Source: a virus (taxonomy: Duplodnaviria; Caudoviricetes). From it: a stretch of 40,001 nucleotides of DNA. The position numbers and the translations under genes were made by a program. The notes beneath the pieces were generated by a model, which saw only the letters and a list, made by a program, of their open reading frames with translations, was not told the origin of the DNA and did not search any database. Below, one piece after another: positions 26,859-35,837 of the stretch (its first letter is position 1; each line of letters begins with the position of its first letter). The stretch spans positions 1 to 40,001 of the IMG/VR virus record IMGVR_UViG_3300035003_000006. One strand, given 5' to 3'.

Positions 26859-28874
26859 CTATACAGCAGGCCCCAAAACGCAACGACATGAAATGGAGTG
26901 CTCCGCTGGGTAGTGCTCCCCATTCGGGAACGCCTCGCCCTTCGCTACAATCACACCTCCATTAAGGCCACCTGACGCCACATCCTTGTGGTCATCCCGC
27001 ACATTGTCATCCCCGACATTAATCCATTCCTTTCCTACCACCACGGCACTCTGGTTGTAGGCGTCATTGGTGGCTTTGGAGAGAATGAAGCCTGTCTCGG
27101 TGCGAGCTATAGTCTTAGCTCGCTTCACTGTCATATCGTCGAAGTAGTCACGGATAGAGCGGCCGATTTTGTCGATGCCATCTCCGTTTGCTACCCCATC
27201 CACAATCTTGCTCTTGAGCACCTCGTACGTGGTATCGATGATCGAGCCGGTGAAGAACGCTGCTCGGCCTTCCATCGATGCCAACAACTCCTCATTGGTA
27301 AAGAATTGGTCGTCAGCCTTGCGGAAAAGGGCGTCTAGCGCCTCCTGACCACTCTCCTTGTACATCTTCACCATAATCGGGGTGAAAGTGGCCTTAGCGA
27401 GCGATTTCTCGCCAATTACGTCCATAAACAGGCCGGGTGTGAGGTCGGTAGCAAGGATGCGTTCCAGCATTCCCTTGTGGAAGGCGTCGATTGCCTCTTT
27501 GAAGACATCGGCTTTGCGGTCAGCCTTCTCGTTGTACGCCTTCGCATAACCTTCCTTGAGGGCCTTGGTGGCGAAGATGCTGCTCATGCTGCGCTTTGGC
27601 TGCGTCATGAGCGTGAGGTTCACGATTTCCTCGATGGCTGCGAGCTTGCGGACCAACGACGGTCGGGCGCGTAGGAAGCGCTTGGCCTGCTCTTTTACGG
27701 CCTCACTAGGGACCGCTGGCGACGGCGTGTTGGTGAGCTCGTCCCCACCTTCTAGCGCTGGGTAGTCGTACATAGACCGGGCTTCGTTGGCGGTGATGAT
27801 GCCGCCCTTCTTGAGCTCGGTCGTTTCCTTGAGCTTGAGCTCTCGATCTACCGGGACCGGATCGGTGAAGGCGAAGAAGACAGCCTCATCCATCTGGGGA
27901 ACCAGGCGGTTGTTGAGGATGTCCATGAATGCCTCGAATACGGGGACCACGGCCTCCTGGAGATACATCCGGTAGGCTTCCTTGGCGTTGGCGAGGTTCA
28001 CATCGTCTGACGTGACCATGGCCTTCGGGACATGCAGGGCGGCGAGGATGTCATCACGCAAGAACTTCTGCGTCTCGATGAAGTCCATCTCTTTCGGGGT
28101 CTTGTTGAGCTCCTGGACTGCCTTGATGTTGCTGCCGAAGACCGCCACCTGGCCTCCCTCTCCGCGGCCGAAGATGCTCTTCCATTTCGCACGGAAGGTG
28201 TGCCCTGCCTCCTCGTCCACCACCTGATCGGCAAAGACCGCCATGTCTGGGCGTCCTTGGTTCTTGAAGAACTTCGCCTGGTACTTGGTGGCCTCCTGCT
28301 CGGTGAGGATGCGTGAGCTCGCTGGGCGTACTACCCCGACACCACGCAATGGGTTGATCGGGTCAATATTCCTGATATGCAAAATGTCTTCCGGGCGGAA
28401 GCGGACCACTGTGCCGTGGTTGTACTCATAGGAGAGAATGGTGGTCTGATCTGGAGAGAGCACAATCTGCACATGGTCGGGGCGAAGCGATAGAAGCTGC
28501 GTAATCCGGCCATTCTCACGATGGGTGTATATGAAGCAGTCACCTGATAGCAGGTAGTAGGTGAAGGCGAGCTCTAGGAACTGGCGCTGTGTCTCGAAAG
28601 GGTTGGGTGTGCCTAAAAGGCTGAGGATAGGGTGATCGAACACCTCCACCACGTCGCCGCGCTTGTTCTTGATGCGGTAGAGCTCAAGGGGAATGCCAGC
28701 GGCACGCTTACTGATCTTCGATACGGCAATGTAGAGGTAGAGGCTGTCTTTGTATGAGCCAATGTTCTGAATGTCGGCCGCGTTGTCGAAGCCTGAAAAT
28801 GTCTGATTAACCCCGGTTAAGAGCGCTAAATTTTTGGTCCTTCCCCTGAACAGCCGCTTTATTAGATTAGGCAT
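26859..28874 (-). CDS. HK97-type portal fused to Mu gpF/SPP1 gp7 head morphogenesis domain
   Basis: LL..PNP, LRPD.V, ILH.R, ITANEAR; C-terminal IARTET, KEW..GD..VR..H and CRC. Confidence 0.93.
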   Translation of the reverse strand: MPNLIKRLFRGRTKNLALLTGVNQTFSGFDNAADIQNIGSYKDSLYLYIAVSKISKRAAGIPLELYRIKNKRGDVVEVFDHPILSLLGTPNPFETQRQFLELAFTYYLLSGDCFIYTHRENGRITQLLSLRPDHVQIVLSPDQTTILSYEYNHGTVVRFRPEDILHIRNIDPINPLRGVGVVRPASSRILTEQEATKYQAKFFKNQGRPDMAVFADQVVDEEAGHTFRAKWKSIFGRGEGGQVAVFGSNIKAVQELNKTPKEMDFIETQKFLRDDILAALHVPKAMVTSDDVNLANAKEAYRMYLQEAVVPVFEAFMDILNNRLVPQMDEAVFFAFTDPVPVDRELKLKETTELKKGGIITANEARSMYDYPALEGGDELTNTPSPAVPSEAVKEQAKRFLRARPSLVRKLAAIEEIVNLTLMTQPKRSMSSIFATKALKEGYAKAYNEKADRKADVFKEAIDAFHKGMLERILATDLTPGLFMDVIGEKSLAKATFTPIMVKMYKESGQEALDALFRKADDQFFTNEELLASMEGRAAFFTGSIIDTTYEVLKSKIVDGVANGDGIDKIGRSIRDYFDDMTVKRAKTIARTETGFILSKATNDAYNQSAVVVGKEWINVGDDNVRDDHKDVASGGLNGGVIVAKGEAFPNGEHYPAEHSISCRCVLGPAV

Positions 28875-28890
28875 ATAGCTAGATTATATC

Positions 28891-30039
28891 CTATGCGATG
28901 AGGAGGCCCGCCTTCTTGCGTACCGCACCATACCTGACGGCATCTAGGGCATGGTCAAAGCCTCCTACTGGGACGTTCAGGCTCTTACCTTCTTTATCCA
29001 TCATCCAAACGTAGTTCCGATATTCCTTGGCTAGGTCGGTACTGCGCTTGGTGTAGCTGATCGATTGAGACTGGAGATAGTCGATACCTTGGTTGACGCT
29101 GCCCGGTCCCTTCTCGGCACCGATGATATTCACGCCAAAATCCCTTATCTCGGCAATCGACTTAGGCTCTGAGCTATCAGCAATTACCAATGTGCCTGGC
29201 TCTGGAAGGGCAAGAATGTGGTTCGCGATGGGTTTATTCTTCATCCCTGTGCGATAAAGTTCCTGGTCTAGGATGATACCGCCATTGTAGTCGTAGATAG
29301 CAATGATCGCGGTAGGGTCGTTTGTGTAGCCGAAGTCCTGCCCACGGGTACGCAAGCGGGCTTCAAAAGGTATAGATTCAAGTTCCCGCCAGCCGGTGTA
29401 GATGCGCCCTGAGACTTCACCTAGGAGACCAAGGCCATACACGCGCCACCACTGCTCGCGGTGCTTGTTCATCTCAATCTTGCGGACAACCTCGGGCTCT
29501 AGGGCCTCGTTATCTTTATAGGTGAGGATGATGTGGTCATACATTTCCTGCGGCCAGTGACCCAAAATCTCATTGTGGAACCAGAACTCGGAACTTGGAT
29601 TAAAGTCGATCATGTAGAGCTCGCGCGTACGCACGAATGTCTGATCGAAGGCTGAGAAGGGATTGTTGTTGGCTTCATTCAGAAGCGCCCGGTCCCGGCG
29701 AGCACCACGTAGCTTGTCGCCGTCATCGGTACTGAAAAACTCGATGATGGAGCCGGTCTCAAACCGATACTTACGATCCGTGGCGTTCCAGCGGGCGTCC
29801 TTCCAGTAGCCGTGGCCCTGCATGATGTTTTGGAAATCGAGCATCGCACCTCGTTTGAGGTTTGGGATGCTGTCAGCCATGATTGAAGTTAACTTTGGTG
29901 TTTTGTCCCGCTGAGACAGGTCTATGAGTTTTGAAATAGCACTTATCGTCTTAGACGCACTAGTACCACCCTGGAGCACCTGGAGAGGCTTACGCAGCCT
30001 CAGTACCTTTCGGGTCGCTGTCGTTATCGAGTAGTGCAT
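28891..30039 (-). CDS. terL: Terminase large subunit, PBSX-like
   Basis: QGGTSASKT, LNEAN, DFNP, DFGYTNDP, ADSSEP and DHALDAVRY motifs. Confidence 0.95.
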   Translation of the reverse strand: MHYSITTATRKVLRLRKPLQVLQGGTSASKTISAISKLIDLSQRDKTPKLTSIMADSIPNLKRGAMLDFQNIMQGHGYWKDARWNATDRKYRFETGSIIEFFSTDDGDKLRGARRDRALLNEANNNPFSAFDQTFVRTRELYMIDFNPSSEFWFHNEILGHWPQEMYDHIILTYKDNEALEPEVVRKIEMNKHREQWWRVYGLGLLGEVSGRIYTGWRELESIPFEARLRTRGQDFGYTNDPTAIIAIYDYNGGIILDQELYRTGMKNKPIANHILALPEPGTLVIADSSEPKSIAEIRDFGVNIIGAEKGPGSVNQGIDYLQSQSISYTKRSTDLAKEYRNYVWMMDKEGKSLNVPVGGFDHALDAVRYGAVRKKAGLLIA

Positions 30040-30550
30040 AGGCTAAAAGAGGGGTAGGTAGCTTTTCGTTGAGACTGGTTAGGTCCAACTTGTCACCATA
30101 TTTCTTCGGTTTGAGCTTTGAAGCGGTCCACTTGCGAGTGTCAACCCGTAGGCGTGAGCGCTGGATGTGCTCGGCGTTAACGACGGTAAAGATCTCACCG
30201 TCCTGACGGTATTTCTCGATGTAGTCATTGGTACCATCATCAGCAATTTCAAGCATTTCCTCCACCATTAGATCAGCTTGGATATCTCGCGCCACTTTGT
30301 ATTGTTCCAGAAAGTCCTTTTTATCCTCGTCCAATAGCCAGTACATGACTGTTGAAATGGCGGGCATGTCATACCCACGGCAAATAGAGCGGAGGCTTTC
30401 ACCCTCAGCCAAACGTGCACAGATTTTCTGAGATAGTTCTGGGGTGAAGACTGAGGGCCGACCCATCGGCTGCTCTGGGTCAGGAACTACAACAAGTTCA
30501 GCGACATCGGCGGGCTTCTTAGTTTTCTTTGGCTTTTTGGCTCTTGCCAT
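29990..30550 (-). CDS. terS: Terminase small subunit
   Basis: GRPS, IC.RLAEGESLRSIC, LEIADD and RLRVDTRKW.ASKL.PKKYGDK motifs. Confidence 0.93.
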   Translation of the reverse strand: MARAKKPKKTKKPADVAELVVVPDPEQPMGRPSVFTPELSQKICARLAEGESLRSICRGYDMPAISTVMYWLLDEDKKDFLEQYKVARDIQADLMVEEMLEIADDGTNDYIEKYRQDGEIFTVVNAEHIQRSRLRVDTRKWTASKLKPKKYGDKLDLTSLNEKLPTPLLAYALLDNDSDPKGTEAA

Positions 30551-30574
30551 ATGTAAATACTATAGCATAAAGCG

Positions 30575-30609
30575 ACAAAGAAACGGCCCCCATGGTGTTG
30601 AGGGCCGTT
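30575..30609 (-). terminator. Terminator after DUF932
   Basis: AACGGCCC...GGGCCGTT followed by TCTTTGT on the minus strand. Confidence 0.7.
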
Positions 30610-30613
30610 GTAG

Positions 30614-31327
30614 TCAGACGGTCTCGCAGAAACCGTCAATGATCGTGTGGATGGTCTGGGTGGCTTGGGGGTTCTCAGCCACCTTGCCGCGCAGGGCGTA
30701 CGTGGCGGCATTGAAGAGCCTCCATGCAGTCTCCCCGCCCCAATCATGCGGAGGCCGTTCGTAGGCTTCCAGGACATCCGGGATACGGCCTTGGTTGATG
30801 GCACCCCGCTTGTAGAAGCGCATGATCGCGTCATGCACCTCGGGTTCCAGCATGGGGCGGCCCCGGTAGTTGTCGATCTGGTGCGCCTGGGCGATGCGCT
30901 TCTGCTGGAGCGGCTCCACAATCTCCATGACGATGCCAGGGAGGTCGCGGCGGGCGTTGATGGTGTGCTTGCGCTTCACCACCGTCTCGCCGTTGAAGGC
31001 CGTGTTGTCGCAGACCAGCACCCGCGAGCCGAAAGCCAGACCAACGGGCCAGCTCTTGTCGTGGCTATTGCGGAGGCCGAGCGTGTCCACGTAGTCGCCG
31101 TAGGGCGAACGCAGGGACATGACACCGAAGTAGCGTTGACCATCGGGCATGATGGCGTGGTGCTCTTCGACAATCTCGTGTTGGTGGTAGCCGAGGGCAT
31201 ACCGAACCATGTTCACGAGCTCGTGGTGCGGGAGGGGGACATGCGAGGCCGTAGCCTTGGGCGTGTCCACCTGGCGCAGTTCGTCGTAGTCCACCAGCCG
31301 GGCTCCGGCATGGATGATGAGGCTCAT
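30614..31327 (-). CDS. DUF932/DUF945-family protein
   Basis: H.P.PH, LGLRNSHDKS, G.RV.VCDN..F, KRKHT and W.LFNA.T motifs; AGGAG SD. Confidence 0.88.
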   Translation of the reverse strand: MSLIIHAGARLVDYDELRQVDTPKATASHVPLPHHELVNMVRYALGYHQHEIVEEHHAIMPDGQRYFGVMSLRSPYGDYVDTLGLRNSHDKSWPVGLAFGSRVLVCDNTAFNGETVVKRKHTINARRDLPGIVMEIVEPLQQKRIAQAHQIDNYRGRPMLEPEVHDAIMRFYKRGAINQGRIPDVLEAYERPPHDWGGETAWRLFNAATYALRGKVAENPQATQTIHTIIDGFCETV

Positions 31328-31376
31328 GGCAGTCTCCTATGTTGAGGAACGGTACTGCCTGTTATACTACCATGCC

Positions 31377-31586
31377 ATGCCTACATTTCAGCCGAAAGTC
31401 AGTACTAAAAACCGCGATTACCCTTGCCGTGAATGTGGGGCTTACGCGAAACAAGTGGGGCCGCGAAACATGTTTATAACTGGTATAGATGGGAATAACG
31501 CAGCGATCACAATGCAGGCTGTTAAACGACCGATATGCCGCACCTGTTTTTGTAGGACTAATACAGGCCACTACGCGTGCCAATAA
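31377..31586 (+). CDS. Small zinc-finger protein, 69 aa
   Basis: CREC...CRTC; TGtTATACT 8 nt before ATG; ends at a hairpin. Confidence 0.5.
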   Translation: MPTFQPKVSTKNRDYPCRECGAYAKQVGPRNMFITGIDGNNAAITMQAVKRPICRTCFCRTNTGHYACQ

Positions 31587-31611
31587 AAAACGCCGGGCTG
31601 GGTGCCCGGCG
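31585..31611 (-). terminator. Terminator, possibly bidirectional
   Basis: CGCCGGGC/GCCCGGCG stem with a T6 run on the minus strand. Confidence 0.75.
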
Positions 31612-31643
31612 CTCTCTATCACCAGCTAGTCACGTCGGCGCGT

Positions 31644-32171
31644 TTACCAAGAGGATTGGTAGGTGAACATCGTGTCCAGCGGGGAGTCCAGTGCAAGCCT
31701 TAAGATTTTTTCGGTCTGGCGTAAGTCTGCGATGTAGTGTTCATCGTAGTGGTAATAGCCAAAGAAGAAGCCTTCTCGCGTTGGCAACAGCTCCTTCGCA
31801 ACCGTTGGGTCTTCCACTACCTGACCGTTCACGATGGTGTCCTTCCACCCATCACCCTCCCAAGATTGCCCCACGGACACATTCCCAGGTACAAGTTTAG
31901 AGTTGTCCAACACCTCTTTAACAGCAGCTAGTAGTTGACCCAGTTGGCTGCGAGATACGCCGTATTCCTCGCAATCGTCCTTCCCTCCTTGTACATTATC
32001 CACAAACCAGGCGTGTATCTGGTTCGCCTTGCGCCAATAACCTATTTCCTCTTTCGGCTCTTCCTGTCCTACCTCGCTGGGCGCGGCAGCATCACCTTTC
32101 CGCACCACCTTTGGTTTCACTTTGCCTACCGTTGGCTTGCGCTTCCGATAGAGATACATATCTAAACCCAT
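31644..32171 (-). CDS. Conserved phage hypothetical protein (start MGLDMYL at 32171)
   Basis: MGLDMYL, YWRKANQIH.WFV, LLPT..GFFFG and Y.SSW pattern. Confidence 0.85.
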   Translation of the reverse strand: MGLDMYLYRKRKPTVGKVKPKVVRKGDAAAPSEVGQEEPKEEIGYWRKANQIHAWFVDNVQGGKDDCEEYGVSRSQLGQLLAAVKEVLDNSKLVPGNVSVGQSWEGDGWKDTIVNGQVVEDPTVAKELLPTREGFFFGYYHYDEHYIADLRQTEKILRLALDSPLDTMFTYQSSW

Positions 32172-32176
32172 AAGCG

Positions 32177-32422
32177 TTAGTTTTTTGGGCTTTCTACAGC
32201 CGCTAGTAATTCTTGTACCATCTTGATGGTTTCTAGGTGTTCCTCGTTCTCCTCTTTGTTTTCTCTGGCCATGTCTGCCATCCACTCCAAGCGGGAGTAG
32301 AGCACGTCTGTAACCTTCATGTATCGTTTTCGTCCGTCTGTGGTTGCCTCCTCATCTTCCCAGTTGTCCCAGTTAATCTGCTGGGCGAGGTCGAGTAACC
32401 TCTCGTCAAGTCGGTTGGTCAT
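32177..32422 (-). CDS. Hypothetical acidic protein
   Basis: 81 aa; 5 nt from the next gene. Confidence 0.65.
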   Translation of the reverse strand: MTNRLDERLLDLAQQINWDNWEDEEATTDGRKRYMKVTDVLYSRLEWMADMARENKEENEEHLETIKMVQELLAAVESPKN

Positions 32423-32517
32423 ACTAGTTTAATGGGAGTGTCTTAAGCGTTTCTCCCACTCGTGACGTAAGTGCAGCACAAAATAATTGCAAGTGGGGCG
32501 GGCAGTATGAGCAACTA

Positions 32518-32536
32518 TGAGGAGGTATCACGCTTT
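32518..32536 (+). repeat. 19 bp direct repeat, copy 1 (TGAGGAGGTATCACGCTTT)
   Basis: 18/19 identical to 34135-34153. Confidence 0.8.
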
Positions 32537-32541
32537 AATAC

Positions 32542-32572
32542 AAAAAAAGGCCCCGCAATCACATGCGGGGCC
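32542..32572 (-). terminator. Terminator of the relaxase-CHC2 operon
   Basis: GGCCCCGCA/TGCGGGGCC stem followed by T7. Confidence 0.85.
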
Positions 32573-32578
32573 AAGAAG

Positions 32579-33112
32579 TCAGAACTTCCACGACGATGGG
32601 AGCTGCACGTCAGTGACGCCCAGATACCCAATGAGGGTTCCGTCAGGCAGCCGCACTGGCCACGCGACTTTCCCCTTCATAATGCCTCGTGGTGCGAAGC
32701 CACACCCGATGCGCTTGGCGTCCTCCGGCTCGATGCCAAGGGCCACCACCGCCTCGTGGTCAGTTTCAAGGTAGTCGAGAGGCTTGAAGCCCTCACTGGG
32801 CTTGTCTCCCCTCGTGCTCTTTTCCGGCGATGTGGCCTGGTTGCCGACGATGTAGGCCGCTGCCTCCTTGGGAGAACAGCCGCGCACGAACGACACCAGG
32901 CTCAGAACGTCCCCGCCTTTTTGGGCCGGGAAGCTGTACCAAGCGTTCTTTGCGGGGGTAATCGCCATGCCTCGCTCATCCCCCTCGCCGCTAGGGCATT
33001 GACACCGGAAGGCGGCACCATGCGGTTTGAGCTTGAGGCCCAGCCGCGCAGCAACACTTTCGATGCTATGCTCCGCTTTTATCTTGGCAAAGTCGTACTG
33101 GTAACTGGACAT
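32579..33112 (-). CDS. DnaG N-terminal (CHC2-like) protein lacking TOPRIM
   Basis: I..V...LG, CP, WYSF....GGDVL.LV and GKVAWPVR..DG..IGY.G; GGAGG SD. Confidence 0.85.
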   Translation of the reverse strand: MSSYQYDFAKIKAEHSIESVAARLGLKLKPHGAAFRCQCPSGEGDERGMAITPAKNAWYSFPAQKGGDVLSLVSFVRGCSPKEAAAYIVGNQATSPEKSTRGDKPSEGFKPLDYLETDHEAVVALGIEPEDAKRIGCGFAPRGIMKGKVAWPVRLPDGTLIGYLGVTDVQLPSSWKF

Positions 33113-33143
33113 TTTGCACCTCCACGGGTTGTACGTCCGTGGT

Positions 33144-34052
33144 TTATAGTAACACCTCCTCGCCTGTATCTAGTCGTATAGCAGGGAGGCCAGCTCGCAA
33201 CCAAGGGACACTAAATAGGTCAATGGTAGTATCGAGCTGAAACAGGAAGATATTAGACTTCCCCGCCACCTCCTCTACCACTGCAATCTTCCCCCGTAGC
33301 TGCTCCATGGTGGCAGCAGTCACCAGTACCCGAAGGTTCTCAATACCTAGCTGCTTTTGGTACACCTTGCTCTCTACGATGATGTTCTGGTAGGCGAGCA
33401 CCTTGCGTAGAAAGGAAGAGGCGCGGAAGTGCGACCTTCGAGGGCGGCTTTCGTTCTCCGCTTCCAGTACGTAGTAGCGTCGCTTGTCTGTATCGAGGGC
33501 AAAGAAGCCGTCAGCTCGTACCCCTTTGCTATACGTCTCCACCCGGCCGCTTGGGAAAGTGTAGGTGAAGGTGCAGGGGAGTTTCAGCGGGTCAGGGAGC
33601 TCGTTGTGTTCCAGCAGCTCCTCTTGGGTGATGAACGCCTTGCCCGCACCCGCTTCGATGGAAGCCAGCACGTCGCAGATTTTCAATTGATGGGTGTGGT
33701 AGCGGCGGGCTTCACCGGGAGGCTGGGTGAAGTGAGCAACCACCTGGTGCGGCTCGATGCCATGGCCTTTGAGAAGGGCACGGCCCTCCGGGGTGATGAA
33801 GTGCTGCACCTCAGCAAAGGGGTTGGCCCGCTGCTCGGTGCGACGGCCCATATACCCGCTGCGGTAGAGGAGCTTGAGCTGGATGCGGATACGCTTAGGG
33901 CTACGGGCGGGCAGCAGCTTATAAAAGCGCGAAGTCTGCACCGTGTCGTACCGGGCGGCGATGGCGAGTATGTCAAGGACGTTCTGCGTGAGGTCGTAGT
34001 TGGGTGGCTTCGGCCCACGGGCAAACCGTCCGATACGCTTCTTTGGCTCCAT
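33144..34052 (-). CDS. Replication-relaxation (Replic_Relax, MOBC-like) relaxase
   Basis: N-terminal winged helix (LT...IL, L..LY..GY, ITPEG), H.L.I.D, DGFF, LEAE, K..AY and RVL motifs. Confidence 0.85.
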   Translation of the reverse strand: MEPKKRIGRFARGPKPPNYDLTQNVLDILAIAARYDTVQTSRFYKLLPARSPKRIRIQLKLLYRSGYMGRRTEQRANPFAEVQHFITPEGRALLKGHGIEPHQVVAHFTQPPGEARRYHTHQLKICDVLASIEAGAGKAFITQEELLEHNELPDPLKLPCTFTYTFPSGRVETYSKGVRADGFFALDTDKRRYYVLEAENESRPRRSHFRASSFLRKVLAYQNIIVESKVYQKQLGIENLRVLVTAATMEQLRGKIAVVEEVAGKSNIFLFQLDTTIDLFSVPWLRAGLPAIRLDTGEEVLL

Positions 34053-34134
34053 ATTTCCTTGATTGTATCACGGACAGTCAAGGACAACGGTTGCTATGGG
34101 ACGGTATGAGACAAGTGTCGCTTATGGATGTGAG

Positions 34135-34153
34135 TGAGGAAGTATCACGCTTT
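34135..34153 (+). repeat. 19 bp direct repeat, copy 2 (TGAGGAAGTATCACGCTTT)
   Basis: 18/19 identical to 32518-32536. Confidence 0.8.
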
Positions 34154-34272
34154 GTTACTCCCCCACTCCCCCACCGGGTGTGCCGGTCAAAACGGGGTAG
34201 GAGAGGGGCAGAAACTTTTTAGAGCGACATACACCTAACAGGGAAGGGGCCGAGATAAGGCTATAAACAAGG

Positions 34273-35835
34273 CTAATCTTCAACCATGAAGGTTTTTCCA
34301 TCAGTTGTAGGTTTTGGTGTTTTGAGAGGGGTCTGTTTCACTTCGGGGGGTGTCTCGGGTTGCCGAGATTTCGGGCCGTAGAGCTCCCGCATCTCAGCCT
34401 GTATCTGTTTGAGGTTTTGGAGTGGTGGTACCTTCTCCAGCCGCCCAAACTCTACCGGGTATTCACGAAAACCAATGTCACGGAAGTGCGCTGCGAACGT
34501 GCCGCGCTTCACTCTGTCTAGGTAACTGGTATCAACGCGCATCTGCTTAGCGAATACCGCAGCGTCACTAGCCGACACTCCCCCGCACATCTTTATCGCC
34601 GTGGTACCCATCATCACGTCGCGGAGCTTTGCCGGTAGGTCTGACAGGGTTTGGTGCGCTACGATCATGCCCAGCTCAAACTTCCTAGTCTGTCGGAAGA
34701 GGTCAAGCAGGATAGCGTCCTCACTGGCGTAATCGGCGTACTCGTCAATGTACATATACGTCCGCCGCCTGGTGCCTTCCCTTTGCATCATCGCATTGAG
34801 TATCTGCGCTATCCAGAGGCGACCAAAGAGCATGGCCTGTCTCTGGCCCATGTACGCCTTAGCGGTGTTGATGAGTATGACCTTCCCGCTGTCTAACGCC
34901 TTGTTGATATCAATACTCATCTCATCGGCCATGAGCATGGTTTGCAGGGTCTTGTCAGCCAGAAGTGCCTGGAGGCGGCGTGCGACTTCCCCACGGCTGT
35001 CACGGTATTCCCCTTTAGGGTTCGCGTACTCCATATAGAAGCCTCTCTCCACTGGCCCCATGTCGGCAAGCCGAACGATGGAGGCAGGGTTCTGGAGGGC
35101 CTCTAGGAAGTCACCCATCGTGCTCGGGGTGCTCAGCATGTAGCGGCAAAGGTAGTCGAACATCCCTTGCTGCTTTGAGGTCATCTCAGCGCCGATAGCC
35201 GATAGGGCGTAGGTAAGGAGGGCTACGCGGCTCGTGAGGTTCGCTGTGGTGCCTGCAAACACGTTGAAAGCCGGGGGACAGGTAGCCGGGTCAATCAGGA
35301 TAAGGCGGTCGTACGGTATGCGCCTCGCTAGGTTGTTGATGAGGTCGTTTTGGCTGTCTATCACCACGATGGCGGCATTAGTCTCCAAATCGTCCAAAAC
35401 CATATTTTGAAAAAGCTGTGACTTCCCCCAACCAGGTGGCCCTACTACCCAGTGGTGTTGGGTACGTAGGTTTTCGGGAATGATGGGTTTAGTTGGTTCT
35501 ACAGGCTCAGGTGGTGCAGGGACCGCCTCGGGTTGTGAGAGATGTAGAAAGCGCTGGAAGCGGACCGCATCTACAAACATAAAAATAACCGTCACCGCCA
35601 TGATAAATGGTAATAGGTAACCGATGAAGCCAATCAACATTGATGGATGTGTGAATATAAGGATTCCAATAGTGGACATAACCGCAGCAAATATGAACAT
35701 TGCAATATGGGACGGGAGTATGGGCTCAAAAGGGCTTTTGTAGGGAGGTCGTATATACCACTCAATGCCAATCCAAAATGTGCCAATCGCTACTAGTATT
35801 GCTACAATCCCAACCACATATTCCATGACAGGCAA
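34273..35835 (-). CDS. VirD4/TraG-like coupling ATPase with three N-terminal TM helices
   Basis: H.WVVGPPGWGKS Walker A, VIDSQ, YMYIDE Walker B and RKF.LG..VAHQ. Confidence 0.9.
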   Translation of the reverse strand: MPVMEYVVGIVAILVAIGTFWIGIEWYIRPPYKSPFEPILPSHIAMFIFAAVMSTIGILIFTHPSMLIGFIGYLLPFIMAVTVIFMFVDAVRFQRFLHLSQPEAVPAPPEPVEPTKPIIPENLRTQHHWVVGPPGWGKSQLFQNMVLDDLETNAAIVVIDSQNDLINNLARRIPYDRLILIDPATCPPAFNVFAGTTANLTSRVALLTYALSAIGAEMTSKQQGMFDYLCRYMLSTPSTMGDFLEALQNPASIVRLADMGPVERGFYMEYANPKGEYRDSRGEVARRLQALLADKTLQTMLMADEMSIDINKALDSGKVILINTAKAYMGQRQAMLFGRLWIAQILNAMMQREGTRRRTYMYIDEYADYASEDAILLDLFRQTRKFELGMIVAHQTLSDLPAKLRDVMMGTTAIKMCGGVSASDAAVFAKQMRVDTSYLDRVKRGTFAAHFRDIGFREYPVEFGRLEKVPPLQNLKQIQAEMRELYGPKSRQPETPPEVKQTPLKTPKPTTDGKTFMVED

Positions 35836-35837
35836 CC

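Noticed and set aside
20455-32004. TTATCCACA matches at 20455 and 31996
   Set aside because: Both lie inside coding sequence with no promoter context and are compatible with chance.
32468-32474. TAAGTGC resembling a MOBQ nick site
   Set aside because: Only a 7 nt partial match, and the relaxase is not an HUH/MOBQ enzyme.
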